NCBI GenBank assembly: GCA_027491415.1
Contig: JAOZFH010000025.1
Span: forward strand, 19,974-83,973
DNA from: Thermoproteota archaeon
Lineage (GTDB): Archaea; Korarchaeota; Korarchaeia; Korarchaeales; Korarchaeaceae
DNA length: 64,000 bases
Direction: 5' to 3'
A program made the translations under genes and the position numbers. Numbering within the stretch: the first letter of the stretch is position 1; every line of letters begins with the position of its first letter. The notes below the pieces were generated by a model. The model had not been told where the DNA came from and did not search any database. It saw only the letters and a list, made by a program, of their open reading frames with translations. Shown here piece by piece: positions 55,111-64,000 of this stretch.

Positions 55111-56688
55111 TTGACGTTGGCCGAGTACGCGATTGAGATGCGCGGGATGGTGAAGATCTACCCCGGTGGCACGGTCGCCCTGAAGGGGGTGGACTTCGCC
55201 GTCCGTGAGGGTGAGATACACGGGCTCCTCGGCGAAAACGGGGCCGGCAAGACCACCCTCATGGAGATCCTCTACGGCACCAGGAGCCCCACGGAGGGAG
55301 AGATATTCGTCCGCGGGAGGAGGGTCGAGATAAGGAGCCCCAGGGACGCCATGGCGCTCGGCATAGGCATGGTGCATCAGCACTTCACCCTCATCCCCGT
55401 CTTCACGGCACTCGAGAACGTGGTCCTGGGAGACGAGCCGGTCAGGTCAGCGGGCCTCCTGGACGTCCAGGCGGCCAGGGCCAGGGTGGAGGAGCTGATG
55501 GATCAAACCGGCCTCCACGTCCCCCTGGACGAGCCCGTCGAGAACCTGTCCACGGGGGAGAGGCAGAGGATCGAGATCCTCAAGATGCTCTACCGCAACG
55601 CAGACATCCTAATCCTAGACGAGCCCACGGCCGTCCTCACCCCCCTGGAGACCAAGGAGCTGTTCGCCTTCCTGAAGCGGATGAAGGAGGAGGGCAAGAC
55701 AATAGTCTTCATCACCCACAAGCTCAGGGAGGTCAAGGCGATCACCGACCGCGTGACCGTGCTCAGGAGGGGCGAGGTCGTCGGAACCGTGGACACGGCG
55801 GAGGTCTCGATGGAGGAGCTGGCAAGGATGATGGTCGGCAGGGAAGTCCTGTTTGAGCTGGAGAAGAAGCCTAGGGAGCCCGAGGAGCCCAAGCTGACCG
55901 TCGAAGACCTCTGGGTAAGGGGCGAGGGCGGAGACTACGCCGTCAAGGGCGTCTCCTTCGAGGTGAGGGGGGGCGAGATATTCGGCATTGCCGGCGTTGA
56001 GGGCAACGGGCAGACCGAGCTGGTTGAGGCGATAACAGGCCTCAGGCTGCCGGATAGGGGCAGGGTGCTGTTGGCGGGAGAGGACGTCACCGGGGCGAGG
56101 CCCCATCACCTCTACGCCAGGGGGCTCGGTCACATACCCGAGGACAGGCACAGGAGGGGGATAATCCTGGAGTTCACCGTCGCCGAGAACTCCATATTGG
56201 GCCTGCAGAGGCTCCCGCCCTTCATGAACAAGTGGGGCGTACTGCAGGAGTCCGTGGTCAGGGACTGGGCCAGGAAGGTCGTCGAGAGGTTCGAGATCGA
56301 CACGCCAGGCATAGACGCCCCGGCCTCCGCCTTGAGCGGCGGGAACCAGCAGAAGCTCATCGTCGGCAGGGAGATAATGAAGGACCCGAAGGTGGTCGTC
56401 GCCGCCCAGCCGACCAGGGGCCTGGACGTGGCGGCCACCGAGTACATCAGGAGGACCCTCCTCAGGATGAGGGACGAGGGTAGGGCCGTCCTCCTGGTGT
56501 CGGCCGACCTGGACGAGGTCCTCATGCTGAGCGACCGCGTCGGGGTGATGTACGAGGGGGAGCTGATGGGGGTCGTGAGGCCGGAGGAGGTCACCCTGGA
56601 GGAGATCGGAATGATGATGGGAGGGGTGAGGCTAGAGGACATCAAGGGCGGCGGAGCGAAGGCCGAGGCCGAGTCGACGGGAGGGTGA
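55111..56688 (+). CDS. Nucleoside ABC transporter double ATPase
   Basis: GENGAGKTT, MVHQHF, DEPT, IPEDR, LSGGNQQK, QPTRGLD. Confidence 0.95.
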   Translation: MTLAEYAIEMRGMVKIYPGGTVALKGVDFAVREGEIHGLLGENGAGKTTLMEILYGTRSPTEGEIFVRGRRVEIRSPRDAMALGIGMVHQHFTLIPVFTALENVVLGDEPVRSAGLLDVQAARARVEELMDQTGLHVPLDEPVENLSTGERQRIEILKMLYRNADILILDEPTAVLTPLETKELFAFLKRMKEEGKTIVFITHKLREVKAITDRVTVLRRGEVVGTVDTAEVSMEELARMMVGREVLFELEKKPREPEEPKLTVEDLWVRGEGGDYAVKGVSFEVRGGEIFGIAGVEGNGQTELVEAITGLRLPDRGRVLLAGEDVTGARPHHLYARGLGHIPEDRHRRGIILEFTVAENSILGLQRLPPFMNKWGVLQESVVRDWARKVVERFEIDTPGIDAPASALSGGNQQKLIVGREIMKDPKVVVAAQPTRGLDVAATEYIRRTLLRMRDEGRAVLLVSADLDEVLMLSDRVGVMYEGELMGVVRPEEVTLEEIGMMMGGVRLEDIKGGGAKAEAESTGG

Positions 56689-56692
56689 AGTC

Positions 56693-57802
56693 ATGAGGCT
56701 CGACCTGAGGCAGTACGCAAAGCCCCTGGCGGAGTCCGCCCTGTCGGTGCTGATAGGAGTCGCGGTCGGGACCCTGCTGGTGATCCTCGCCGGCTACAGC
56801 CCGGTGGTGTTCTTCAAGGCGCTGTTCGGCGGGGCGTTCAGGAGCAGGAACGCCTTCTTGGACACGCTGAGCTACATGGTGCCCCTGACGCTGACGGCAA
56901 TCTCCTTCGCAGTCGCTGCGAGGGCCTCTGTGTTCAACATAGGAGCGGAGGGCCAGATGTACGTTGGGGCGCTCGTGGCGAACGCCATCGGGGTCGTGGC
57001 GCTCCCCAACGGAGTGCACCAGGTCGTCGCGATACTGGCGGCGTTCCTCGCGGGAGGCCTCTGGGGCTGGATCGCCGGCATCCTGAAGGCCAAGAGGCAG
57101 GTTAACGAGGTGGTCTCGACCATAATGCTCAACTGGCTCGCCTTCTACCTCGTGAACTACGTCGCCACCTACCACCTCTACGATCCGAAGGCCCCCTACA
57201 AGACGGAGTACGTAAGGGAGACCGCGAGGCTGCCGGAGCTCATTCCGAGGACCTCCCTGACGCTCGACTGGGTTCTCACGATACTCATAGCCTTCCTCAT
57301 GTTCTTCCTGGTCTGGAAGACGTCGCTCGGATACGAGATAAGGGCCACGGGGATAAACCCGACCGCCGCGGAGTACGGGGGCGTGGACCCATCCAAGGTT
57401 ATCTCAATCTCGATGTTCCTCAGCGGGGGGGCCGGCGGCCTGGCCGGGGCCTTCCTGGTGCTGGGGAGGTTCGGGTTCATCACGACCACGCTGACCAACA
57501 TACTAAACTGGGGCTTCGACGGCATAGCGGTCTCGCTGGTCGGGAGGAACCACCCGATCGGCATACTGTTCTCAGCCCTGTTCTTCGCCCTCCTCTACAA
57601 CGGGGCCCTGGAGGTTCAGGTCGCCACTGCGACCGGAGGGAAGACGGGAGTGCCGATAGAGCTCGTCTTGGCCGTCATGGGAATCATAGTCATCGCCGTC
57701 GCTGTTCCTGGCCTGTGGGACATGGTCCAGGAGAGGCTCCTCCTCAGGAGGAAGAGGGTGGAGGTCCGAGAGGAGGCGGCCGGGACAGTGGGAGGTGAGT
57801 GA
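56693..57802 (+). CDS. Nucleoside ABC permease
   Basis: FNIGAEGQ, NEVVSTIMLN, GFDGIAV..GRNHP. Confidence 0.93.
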   Translation: MRLDLRQYAKPLAESALSVLIGVAVGTLLVILAGYSPVVFFKALFGGAFRSRNAFLDTLSYMVPLTLTAISFAVAARASVFNIGAEGQMYVGALVANAIGVVALPNGVHQVVAILAAFLAGGLWGWIAGILKAKRQVNEVVSTIMLNWLAFYLVNYVATYHLYDPKAPYKTEYVRETARLPELIPRTSLTLDWVLTILIAFLMFFLVWKTSLGYEIRATGINPTAAEYGGVDPSKVISISMFLSGGAGGLAGAFLVLGRFGFITTTLTNILNWGFDGIAVSLVGRNHPIGILFSALFFALLYNGALEVQVATATGGKTGVPIELVLAVMGIIVIAVAVPGLWDMVQERLLLRRKRVEVREEAAGTVGGE

Positions 57803-58703
57803 GTTGCAGGTGGCTGAGCTCCTGAGGTTCCTGCTCTACCCCACCTTCTACGCCGGGATGCTGAGGATGATGGTCCCGATAACGCTCGGCGCGGTGGGCG
57901 AGATCATCAGCGAGAGGTCGGGGGTCGTCAACATCGGGCTCGAGGGCATAATGATGCTCGGCGCGCTGGTCTCAACATACGTGGGCCACTTCACGGGCAG
58001 CATGGTCCTGGCGATGGTGTCTGGCCTAGTCGTGGGCCTAGCGGCCGGGTTCCTCCACGCGGGGATAGCCGTGAACCTGGCGGGCGACCAGATAATCGAC
58101 GGCGTCGGTCTGAACCTGTTCGCCGTGGGCATCGGGGAGGTCCTCCTCTACCTGACCTGGGGCAGCTTCGCCACCAGCCCGCAGCTCCCGCCGGAGGTGA
58201 GGGTTCCGAGCATTCACGGCTTCAGCCCGTTCGTCGTCCTCACCCTCCTGGTCGCAGCGGCGACCTGGGTCGTGGTCGAGAAGACGAGGTGGGGCCTCAG
58301 GCTGAAGGCCGTCGGAGAGGATCCGGTGGCCGCCGAGGCGGCGGGCATAGACGTCTTTAAGGTCAGGACGATCGCGACCGTCGTAGGGTCACTCCTCACG
58401 GCCAGCGCGGGGGTGTTCCTGTCCCTCGACTGGCTGGGCGCCTACACGAAGAACATCAGCGCCGGCAGGGGCTTCATAGCGCTGGCCCTCGTGGTCTTCA
58501 GCAGGTGGAACCCGCTCACGGCCCTCTTGGGCGGCCTCATATTCGGCTTCCTCTTCCAGCTGAGCCAGTCGATACCCAGCGGCGTCGTCCCGGACCAGAT
58601 ACTGTGGGCCCTGCCGTACCTGGTCACCCTGCTGATATCGGCCGGCTTCCTGGCAAAGGCCAGGCCTCCTGGCGCCGTGGGGAGGCCTTACAAGAGGGTC
58701 TGA
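57795..58703 (+). CDS. Nucleoside ABC permease
   Basis: ERSGVVNIGLEG, GEDP.AA..GI, GRGFIALA, LPY. Confidence 0.93.
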   Translation: MSELQVAELLRFLLYPTFYAGMLRMMVPITLGAVGEIISERSGVVNIGLEGIMMLGALVSTYVGHFTGSMVLAMVSGLVVGLAAGFLHAGIAVNLAGDQIIDGVGLNLFAVGIGEVLLYLTWGSFATSPQLPPEVRVPSIHGFSPFVVLTLLVAAATWVVVEKTRWGLRLKAVGEDPVAAEAAGIDVFKVRTIATVVGSLLTASAGVFLSLDWLGAYTKNISAGRGFIALALVVFSRWNPLTALLGGLIFGFLFQLSQSIPSGVVPDQILWALPYLVTLLISAGFLAKARPPGAVGRPYKRV

Positions 58704-58747
58704 CGGGGCCTCCCCCGCCTTCCCCTCCACCACTTTTCCCCGCGCAC

Positions 58748-60397
58748 TCAGATCTCCTCGCCCGAGCACGCCCTGAGGAAGGCCGTGAAGAGAGGGTGCG
58801 GCCTCAAGACCCTGGACTTGAACTCCGGGTGGGCCTGGGTCGCCACGAAGAACGGGTGGTCCGGCAGCTCGATGAACTCTACGAGCTTCCCGTCGGGGGA
58901 GGTCCCGGAGAAGACCAGCCCGCACCCCCTCAGGAGGTTGTGGTACATGGGGTTCACCTCGTACCTGTGCCTGTGTCTCTCGAAGACCAGGTCCGCGCCG
59001 TAGATCCTGTGCACCAGCGTCCCAGGCCTCAGGACAGCCGGATGCGCGCCCAGCCTCATGGTTCCACCCTTCCCTCCGACCCCCCTCTGCTCCGGCAGGA
59101 GGTCGATCACCGGGTGCGGGGTCTCCGGGTCGACCTCTGTGGAGTTCGCGCCCTCGAGGCCGCAAACGCTCCTGGCGTACTCCACGACGGCGAGCTGGAG
59201 GCCGAAGCACAGGCCCAGGAAGGGTATCCCCTCCTCCCTCGCTACCCTGATGCTCTCCACCTTCCCCTCGGCCCCCCTCCTGCCGAAGCCACCCGGGACC
59301 ACGATTCCCTGGACGCCCTCCAGCTCACTCCTCACGTCTATCAGCCCCCTCTCGACGTCGGTGGCCTCGATCCACCTGACGTCCACCCTGAGGGACAGGT
59401 GCATGCTGGCGTGGTCTATCGCCGCCAGGAGCGAGGCGTAGGCGTCCCTCAGGTGCGTGTACTTTCCGACTATTGCCACGGCGACGGACTCCCGGGACGA
59501 CTCCCAACGGTCAAGCAGACGCCTCAGCTCCGCCAGGTCCCCCTCCCCGTGCCCCGGGGCCTGGGCCTTGGCCGAGCTCATCCCGAGGACCTCGGCCACA
59601 CGCTCCGCGAGCCCATGCTCCTCCAGCAGGAGGGGGACCCTGTAGATCGACCCGACGTCCGGGTCCGAGATCACGTTCTCCTCCCTCACGCCGCAATACA
59701 GGGCGATCTTCTGCCGGGCCTTCGGCTCCAGCGGCCTCCTGGACCTGGCCACTATGACGTCAGGGTCTATCCCCATGGACCTGAGCACCGAGACCGAGTG
59801 CTGGGTGGGCTTCGTCTTCTGCTCTCCGGAGGGGAGCTCGGGCACCAGGGTGACGTGCACGAAGGCGAAGTTCTCCCTGCCGAGCTCGTTGGAGAGCTGG
59901 CGAATCGCCTCTATGAAGTAGGCGTTCTCGATGTCGCCGACAGTCCCGCCCACCTCCATTATGACCACGTCCGCGCCCTGCTCCTCGGCCACCCTCAGGA
60001 TCCACCGCTTCGCCTCGCCCGTCACGTGGGGTATGAACTGGACCGTCTTGCCTAGGTACTCCCCGCGCCTCTCCTTCGAGATGACGCTCAGCAGGAGCTT
60101 GCCCGAGGTTATGTTGTTGTCCCCCTCCAGCGTCACGTCCATGAACCTCTCGTAGGTCCCGAGGTCCATGTCGCACTCTGTCCCGTCGTCGAGCACGTAG
60201 ACCTCGCCGTGCTCGTACGGGTTCATCGTGCCCGCGTCGACGTTGAGGTAGCCGTCGAACTTGATGGGCGTTACCCTGAGGCCCCTGGACCTCAGGAGCA
60301 TCCCGAGGCCGGCCGCGACCAGGCCCTTGCCCAGCCCGGACAGCACCCCGCCCGTGATCACGACGAACTTCGGCGCGCCGCCGCTCAACGAGCGCAC
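58748..60397 (-). CDS. pyrG: CTP synthase
   Basis: GGVLSGLGKG, NVDAGTMNP.EHGEV, KTKPTQH, GLCFG, RHRHRYE, HPE. Confidence 0.98.
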   Translation of the reverse strand: MRSLSGGAPKFVVITGGVLSGLGKGLVAAGLGMLLRSRGLRVTPIKFDGYLNVDAGTMNPYEHGEVYVLDDGTECDMDLGTYERFMDVTLEGDNNITSGKLLLSVISKERRGEYLGKTVQFIPHVTGEAKRWILRVAEEQGADVVIMEVGGTVGDIENAYFIEAIRQLSNELGRENFAFVHVTLVPELPSGEQKTKPTQHSVSVLRSMGIDPDVIVARSRRPLEPKARQKIALYCGVREENVISDPDVGSIYRVPLLLEEHGLAERVAEVLGMSSAKAQAPGHGEGDLAELRRLLDRWESSRESVAVAIVGKYTHLRDAYASLLAAIDHASMHLSLRVDVRWIEATDVERGLIDVRSELEGVQGIVVPGGFGRRGAEGKVESIRVAREEGIPFLGLCFGLQLAVVEYARSVCGLEGANSTEVDPETPHPVIDLLPEQRGVGGKGGTMRLGAHPAVLRPGTLVHRIYGADLVFERHRHRYEVNPMYHNLLRGCGLVFSGTSPDGKLVEFIELPDHPFFVATQAHPEFKSRVLRPHPLFTAFLRACSGEEI

Positions 60398-60450
60398 TCT
60401 GTTCCTAGGCTAAGCTAAAAGCGGCCCGAGGGCGACTTCCGATCCGCTGC

Positions 60451-60497
60451 CCCGGCGCCCGGGGGTGGGCGCCCGGCGCCAGGGGGGCGCCCTTAAG
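60451..60497. repeat. Cluster of four GGCGCC palindromes next to a cttaag TATA-like box
   Basis: GGCGCC at 60454, 60468, 60475 and 60486, within the divergent pyrG / secreted-protein gap. Confidence 0.55.
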
Positions 60498-60533
60498 CGG
60501 GCGGGGGGCGGATTTAGGTCACGGCGTTCGAAG

Positions 60534-61616
60534 ATGGCGTCCACCAGATCCCTCGAGGTCTCGGCCCTTCGGGGCAGCCCGAAGGGCGGAGCGGGTGCGA
60601 GCGCAAGGGCAAAGCTCGCGGCCGCGGCGCTGCTGGCGCTGATGGCGGTGCCCGTCGTGGTCTACGCGAGCCCCACAACGGCGACGACCGCCAGCTACCT
60701 CCTGGACATCTACGAGTCCACAAGGGCCAGGCTCATTGAGATTGTAGAGGTCTACGTTAACTGGACGGCCGGCGCGTCCAACGCGACCAGCGCCTCTGGG
60801 CCGTGTCACCAGCTGGAGGTCAACGTCGAGGCAGCCATAGCGGAGGGAGACGCCCTCGCGGAGCAGGCGAGGGCCGCACTCGAGGCCGGCAACGCCGACG
60901 AGGCGGCCGTCCTCGCGATCAGGGCCATAAACGCGCTGACCAGGGCCTTCGTCCAGGCCACGGTTTGCGTGAGCTTCCCGGGCGAGGCGCGCAACCAGAC
61001 GGCCCCGCCCGGGCTGATGGCGGCCATAACCAGGCTCGAGGTTAGGCTGAGCAGGCTCATGGCCACCGCAGAGGCCACGGAGGCCTCGGGGATGAACGTC
61101 TCGGGCGTGATAGACCTTCTGCAGGAGGCCTCGGCCGAGCTCCAGGTCGCCAGGGAGGCCGCGCTCTCGGGAGACGTCAGGGCAGCCGCGGAGTCCATAT
61201 CTAGGGCCAACCGGCTCATGGGGGAGGCGATCTCCATCATCAAGACGGCCTCGACCGTCGCTGTGGAGCACCGCGCCAGGGAGTTCTGCCGGCACGGGAA
61301 CTGCACGGCGCAGGTTCTGAACCTGACCAGGATGACCGAGAGAATGAGAGAGAAGATCGCGGAGAGGTGCAGGGCTCTAGGACTCGTCGAGGCGAACATC
61401 ACGGCGCCAGGGATGCGCCACAAGGAGGAGCACAAGAAGATGCACGGGCCGCCGGAGAACGTAACCGCGCCTCCAACAGAGCCGCCCGTGTCCGGTGAGC
61501 ACCCCGGCCGGGGACGCGAGCACCCCGGCGAGGCGCCCGCCCCACCGGCTGAGGGGGAGCAGCCGCCGGTAGACCACGAAGAGGCCCACTGCCCGCCTCG
61601 GGGCTGCGGAGGGTGA
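60534..61616 (+). CDS. Secreted helical-bundle glycoprotein with a His/Pro/Glu-rich tail
   Basis: Signal/TM segment, Ala-rich helices, eight N-x-S/T sequons, EHPG repeats. Confidence 0.75.
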   Translation: MASTRSLEVSALRGSPKGGAGASARAKLAAAALLALMAVPVVVYASPTTATTASYLLDIYESTRARLIEIVEVYVNWTAGASNATSASGPCHQLEVNVEAAIAEGDALAEQARAALEAGNADEAAVLAIRAINALTRAFVQATVCVSFPGEARNQTAPPGLMAAITRLEVRLSRLMATAEATEASGMNVSGVIDLLQEASAELQVAREAALSGDVRAAAESISRANRLMGEAISIIKTASTVAVEHRAREFCRHGNCTAQVLNLTRMTERMREKIAERCRALGLVEANITAPGMRHKEEHKKMHGPPENVTAPPTEPPVSGEHPGRGREHPGEAPAPPAEGEQPPVDHEEAHCPPRGCGG

Positions 61617-61697
61617 CCTACCCTCCCCGCTCCTACCAGCCCTACCAGCCCCTGCTTAGAGGGCAGGTGCCGAACCGAACTGGGAGGTGATTCCTGC

Positions 61698-62396
61698 TTG
61701 ACCGCCTCGCTCCGCGGGCGCGTCCACAGGTCAGCGCTTTCGACGCTTGTTCTCCTCGCCGCCCTGACCGTCGCGCTGACGGCGCCCGGTGCCTCCGCCC
61801 TCCGGCAGACCGAGGCACCCAAGGTGACCGTGGTCCTCGCGCCCTACGGCGACGGCTGGGTCGACGTGATCATACGGGCGAAGCTGCCGGAGGAGGCCTT
61901 CGTCGTGCTCCCGCTGCTCGGGGACCCCGACGCCGTCCTCGTGACCAACGGCGACGGGGTCCCCCTGAGCTACACTATCGGGGACGGGGCGGTGGTGGTC
62001 GAGGCAATGGGCGAGCGGGAGGTCGTCGTGTCCTACCAGACGCCCGACCTGGTGAAGAGGGTGGGGGGCGTCTGGGAACTCTTAGTGGATGTCCCGACGG
62101 CCTCCAGGCTAGAGGTCCGCCTGCCAGCCGACGCGGTAATAGTGGGCCTCTCGCCCGTGCCAGCGGAGGTCGAGAGGGGCTCCAACGCCCTGACGATCAC
62201 CTTCGACTCGGGGACGGCCAACGTCACCTACGCCCTCGCCAACTTCCAAGAGGGGGGCTCGGCGCAGTTGGCCGCGAACCCCTCGGGCTCCCAGGCCGTC
62301 GAGGGGCCGCTTCAGGGGGCATCTCCTTACGCAGTGGTAGGGTTGGCCGCCGCAGTCGCCATCGTCGCCCTCCTGGCGGCCGGCAGGAGGGGGTGA
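61698..62396 (+). CDS. Type-I membrane protein, wHTH-less paralog of 26543-27430
   Basis: Shared DGW.DV, PL.GDP.A, MG...V.V.YQTP.L....GGVW, LP....VGLS.VP. Ends right after the TM. Confidence 0.85.
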   Translation: MTASLRGRVHRSALSTLVLLAALTVALTAPGASALRQTEAPKVTVVLAPYGDGWVDVIIRAKLPEEAFVVLPLLGDPDAVLVTNGDGVPLSYTIGDGAVVVEAMGEREVVVSYQTPDLVKRVGGVWELLVDVPTASRLEVRLPADAVIVGLSPVPAEVERGSNALTITFDSGTANVTYALANFQEGGSAQLAANPSGSQAVEGPLQGASPYAVVGLAAAVAIVALLAAGRRG

Positions 62397-62615
62397 CCAG
62401 CCCCTCCCGTGCCCTTTCTTTGGATCCCGCCCGGCGGTTGGGCCGCGCCCCTCAAGGCCGTGGGGCCGCTCTCAGCGCGGGGGGATGTCCCCTCCGAGGA
62501 GGGCCCCGCTTCTCCCAGCTTATTCGGGGCGCGTAGCCCACCCCGATAGAAGCGCTCAAAGCGCCCTCGGTGGAATCCGCGCCCCGCCGGGTCGAGGCAG
62601 ATCGGGCCGCGGCCG

Positions 62616-62978
62616 CTACACCTCCCTGCACTCCCCCTTGACGAATCTCAGGTACCAGCCCCTCCAGGACTCCTCGCTCACCACGTGCACCTCAAAGGGG
62701 TGGAAGAGGCCCAGCCTCTCCCTGAGCTCCGCCCTGAACGCGGCCCTCTCGGACTCCGTGGGCTCCCTGTCAAGGACCACGGCGACGTCTATGTCGCTGA
62801 GCGGGCCGTGGTCCCCCCTCAGGGTGCTCCCGAATAGGTAGACCCTCACCCCGGGCCCAAAGCGCTCTCGGGCGAGGTCCCTTATCGCGACGAGGTGCCT
62901 ACTCAGGCTCCGTCTGTAGGCCTCCACCACCTCCGCCGACCTCTTCAGAACCTCAATGTATCTCTTCGTCGAACTCAT
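62616..62978 (-). CDS. Minimal nucleotidyltransferase (MNT antitoxin)
   Basis: VYLFGSTLRG....SDIDVAV and FEVH. Confidence 0.92.
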   Translation of the reverse strand: MSSTKRYIEVLKRSAEVVEAYRRSLSRHLVAIRDLARERFGPGVRVYLFGSTLRGDHGPLSDIDVAVVLDREPTESERAAFRAELRERLGLFHPFEVHVVSEESWRGWYLRFVKGECREV

Positions 62979-63325
62979 CCTTGAACCTCTCCAGAAGACT
63001 GAGGGCCTCCTCGGCGGTCTCCCTTCCGTAACTCCACATCTAGGTACCTGCTACCCACGTACGCCTCGGCCAGAAGGTCCAGGACTACCCTGTTCTCCGA
63101 GAGGAACCTGACGGCCCTGTCCCCCACGACGGAGGACAGGGCCTCGAACAGGCGGATGAGGCCGTGGGCCTTTGGGAAGTCCCCGAGCTGCTTGAGCAGC
63201 GCGTACTTGAGGTACAGCTGGAGGGCCTGCTCCACGAAGAAGAGGGTGAAGTTGTAGTTTCCCTTGTCGAAGGCCTCGCGCGCCTCCTCCTCGAAGAGTT
63301 CGGCCCTCCTCTTCAGGAAGCTCAT
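62953..63325 (-). pseudogene. HEPN-domain protein with an apparent 1-nt insertion near the C-terminus
   Basis: EQALQLYLK, FPKAHGL, AYVGSRY. Removing one base at 63030-63031 restores EYGRETAEEALSLLERFKDEFDEEIH*. Confidence 0.7.
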
Positions 63326-63762
63326 CGGAACTCGGCCCGCCACACAGTTATAGCCCTTATGCCGGGCGCGCGTCCGCGAAGGGTTCCGTCAAGGCGAGTG
63401 AGGTAGTCGTTTTGGGGGCAGGCTTGGAACGTCTTCGGGATCTCGCTTGTCTCCGATTTAACTTTCAACGTCGAAGCAGGAGGCGGCAAATCTGCTCCGT
63501 ACGACGCCGCCTCGCCTTGGGCGAGTAGTACCCGCCCTTGCACGTGGGCAGCTGACCTCCTGCGGCAGGCGCTCCCCCTGAGCTCCGAGGTAGAGCTACG
63601 ACGTAACCCGCGCGCCGGGGCGTGGCCCCAGGTCTTAGGGCGACCTCCCCCTCTCCCGCCGGGAGCGGCCACAATGTAACCGGGTCACACCCGGATATCC
63701 GGGCCGAGCCGAACCGGGCGGGGTCCCCTTTATTTTACCCCGGAGGCGAGAGTGTTCACGGG

Positions 63763-64000
63763 ATGGACCTCGCCAGGCTTGGAGGGGCCTGGATGGCCCT
63801 CACCCTCACCCTCCTGCTGCTGCCCCCCGGGCTGGCCTCTAGCCAGCCGAGCGGCTGGGTTCCGGTCCAGGCTATACGCTTCGCGGTCTACCCGGACACA
63901 CCCAGCGCCATGGAGGCCCTCGAGGCCGGGGAGGTCGACCTGGTCTACGCCAGGATGGACGACTACGGCGAGCTGAAGCTCCTGGCCCCGAGCTCCGAGG
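63763..64000 (+). CDS. 5' part of a family-5-like (peptide) ABC substrate-binding protein (partial)
   Basis: MDLARLGGAWMALTLTLLLLP...IRFAVYPDTPSAMEALEAGEVDLV, open to the window end. Confidence 0.7.
   Translation, partial: MDLARLGGAWMALTLTLLLLPPGLASSQPSGWVPVQAIRFAVYPDTPSAMEALEAGEVDLVYARMDDYGELKLLAPSSE

Noticed and set aside
53722-55383. 553-aa minus-strand ORF, and similar long ORFs at 5914-6936, 7696-8763, 29398-30591, 58505-60055 and 60806-61822
   Set aside because: These are antisense shadows of well-supported genes, expected with high GC3 codon bias, and carry no recognisable motifs.
62526-62586. tRNA gene
   Set aside because: It is only about 60 nt, with no valid anticodon arm or T-loop.
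63361-63620. SRP RNA or RNase P RNA (starts gccgggcgcg, like 7SL)
   Set aside because: There is no helix-8 CAGG...GRAA...AGCA motif and no GAGGAAAGTCC P4 motif on either strand.
63752-63976. Track ORF of 74 aa
   Set aside because: The overlapping frame from ATG 63763 gives a signal peptide and a substrate-binding-protein motif, so it is the better call.
1-64000. CRISPR arrays, rRNA, canonical tRNA, transposases and integrases
   Set aside because: I saw no regularly spaced repeats, no complete cloverleaf with a TTCRA loop, and no DDE or tyrosine recombinase motifs by eye.

Overview
A GC-rich, gene-dense archaeal chromosome segment, probably from a thermophile. The gene content suggests TACK-like affinity (CFI-box-CTERM protein, two geranylgeranyl reductases, hxlA/hxlB, Zn-ribbon type IA topoisomerase, TATA-box promoters), but the taxonomy cannot be fixed from this window. 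About 75 CDS are visible. Housekeeping genes include topA, pyrG, glnA, kptA, mobB, SOR-rubredoxin, metal and nucleoside ABC transporters and MFS carriers. I found no rRNA, canonical tRNA, CRISPR array or transposase. The most striking content is a scattered set of signalling and trafficking-like parts. These are (i) a tightly coupled operon of multi-pass membrane protein, longin domain and Rab-like GTPase (20443-22177); (ii) a second Rab-like GTPase behind a Zn-ribbon protein and a methyltransferase-fold protein, facing a dual-specificity phosphatase; (iii) a related Zn-ribbon/wHTH protein coupled to a V4R protein; (iv) two KaiC-like ATPases and a DUF835-like protein; (v) a type-I membrane wHTH protein whose gene overlaps a presenilin-type protease gene; and (vi) a C13/caspase-fold peptidase with Ca-binding repeats. 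Corrections to the ORF track: a rubredoxin is missing (4399-4560), 43544-44242 is on the + strand, two genes are frameshifted (DUF3267 and HEPN), and several genes probably start at CTG or ACG. All family assignments come from recognising motifs by eye, not from database searches.
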